A DNA stretch of 64,000 bases, from assembly GCF_006345805.1 (NCBI RefSeq), contig NC_043004.1, positions 18,352,001 through 18,416,000 on the forward strand, in the 5' to 3' direction. Source of the DNA: Octopus sinensis (taxonomy: Eukaryota). The stretch's first letter is position 1. Every line of letters starts with the position of its first letter. Position numbers and translations under genes: made by a program. The notes under the pieces were generated by a model. That model was given only the letters and a program-made list of their open reading frames with translations, searched no databases and was not told the origin of the DNA. Shown here piece after piece: positions 62,403 to 64,000 of the stretch.

Positions 62403-62930
62403 ACTGTAGATGAACTGTAGACAAGAACTTCACTGCAGGCTAGCTAGTGTACCGGTCAGCAGAAAAATGTACTTCCTGATTGCCAGACAACACGACAGGG
62501 TTTCCACCAATAGATTGAAACTGGCCCATCTCCATATTGACAGCCCTATTCAAGTGGCTCAAACACCAAACAAAGGCTGACCTAGGCAAATCACACTAGC
62601 CCCAGACTACAAACAGTCGCCAAAGTGCTGAGTAACCACACATACAGGCAGGGTGGTTAAAACACCCTCCCAGTTCCAATGACAGTCAACAGTTTTGGCA
62701 GGGAGCTATATGTAGGACACTGCCCAAGGACAGTAGATGAATTGTGGGCTAGCTGGTGTGTTGGTCAGCAAAGAAAGGGGTTTCCAGTTAGGCAGGGAAA
62801 GGAAATGGAGATGTTGGATGGTTGAAGGTATCTGCCTAACCCTCACAATATAAACACACCAACACATTCTTGTTAGTTGTTGTTTTTTATGTTTAGCTTA
62901 ACAAAGTTGTGCATTACGAATGTATCAATA

Positions 62931-63807
62931 CAAGATCTGATCAATAAATAGCTAGACTGTTGCCATAGTAACGAAGCTAAAGCACCCATTGACCTTGAAC
63001 TCTGCTGTGCACGTGCACTAACTTTTAAGATTCTAGCTCACTTCTGCTGTTTATAGCAGTGCTTGGAAGGAACATGTGTAACATGTGATCATCGCATTGT
63101 CCATGACAGAGAATGTTATCATGGTGATACATGCTCAGAGGCCTATGCAAAGTTGCAGAAATTATGGTGAGGAGTGTATGAGCCACATGCAAGTGTATGA
63201 GTGGTTCAGACGTTTCCAAGATGGCCAGAAAATGTTGATATCAATGAATGTTTTGGGAGACCCACAACCAGCAGAACAGAGAGAAATATCACAGATGTAC
63301 ATGCAGCTGTGAGGGGAAATCATTCAATCCTCATCCATAAGTTATCAAAGGATGTGAAGATTAGTTATGGTTCAGTTCAATTCAGTTCATTATCACTGAG
63401 ACTTGAGTATGAGACACATGTCTACCAAGTTTGTGCCAAAACTGCTTTCAGCTGACCAAAAAGACACCCGGGTTCCGGTTGCACAAGATCTTTATTTTGT
63501 GTCAAGAGCAATGAGAAAAAAATTTTTGAAAACTTTCCATAGGCCTCTGAGCAGGTATCACCAAGCTTTTGGCAAAATTTGATAGACATTCTCTGCCTAA
63601 CTTTCCCTGTGATGGGCAATGTGATAATCACATGCTACACACCTTCCTTCCAAGCACTGCTGTAAACAGCAGAAGTGAGCTAGAACTATAAAACTTAGTG
63701 CACATGCACAACAGAGTTCAAGGTCAATCTGTGCCAAGCAGCGTTACTCTCTGTGCTTTAGTTTCATTACTATAACAACAGTCCGGATACTTTTTGATCA
63801 TACCAAG
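62931..63807. mobile_element. Non-autonomous mariner made of two 5' ends in inverted orientation
   Basis: TA at both flanks. + strand pseudo-transposase (EECMSHMQVYEWFRRFQDG...GRPTTSRTE...KFVPKLLSADQKD) runs to ~63534, then an inverted copy of the 5' end (RQRMSIKFCQKLGDTCSEAY on minus) and the TIR. Confidence 0.9.
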
Positions 63808-64000
63808 TATATGTTTGCATGAGTGTAAGGACTTGAATATATACACATATGTATATTCGAGCCATGTAAAAAACACTGGTACTGCTGCCACATAAAAATT
63901 ACTGGTAATGGTGCTATGTAAAAAGCATCCATTACACTCTGTAAAGTGATTGGCATTAGGAAGGGCCTCCAGCTGTAGAAACTATGCCAAACCAGACAAT

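Overview
AT-rich, repeat-saturated animal genomic DNA. The SINE/LINE content and microsatellite density suggest a coleoid cephalopod, probably Octopus; this is inferred, not database-checked. Only one protein-coding exon can be supported: a 63-nt first coding exon on the minus strand (42738-42800, MEDSPSPQDTLSQIWMLYTAK|gtgagt) resembling the N-terminus of neurobeachin-like proteins (NBEAL1/2). No downstream exon was identified, so 1-42737 is probably intron. The rest consists of tRNA-derived SINEs (three families), RTE LINE fragments and 3' ends, Tc1/mariner relics, piggyBac-like and other MITEs, Helitron-like elements, microsatellites, a degenerate 28S rRNA fragment and a local ~1.1-kb duplication. 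Nearly all ORFs in the supplied track are microsatellite or repeat artefacts. The most striking signal is several unrelated palindromic (fold-back) repeat families whose arms carry minimal hammerhead-ribozyme motifs of the Penelope-associated, dimer-acting type. One is a ~465-bp head-to-head pair of tRNA-promoter + hammerhead units inserted with an 11-bp target-site duplication, with three copies in the window. SINE/LINE boundaries are approximate (tens of bp); ribozyme, TSD and exon coordinates were counted base by base.
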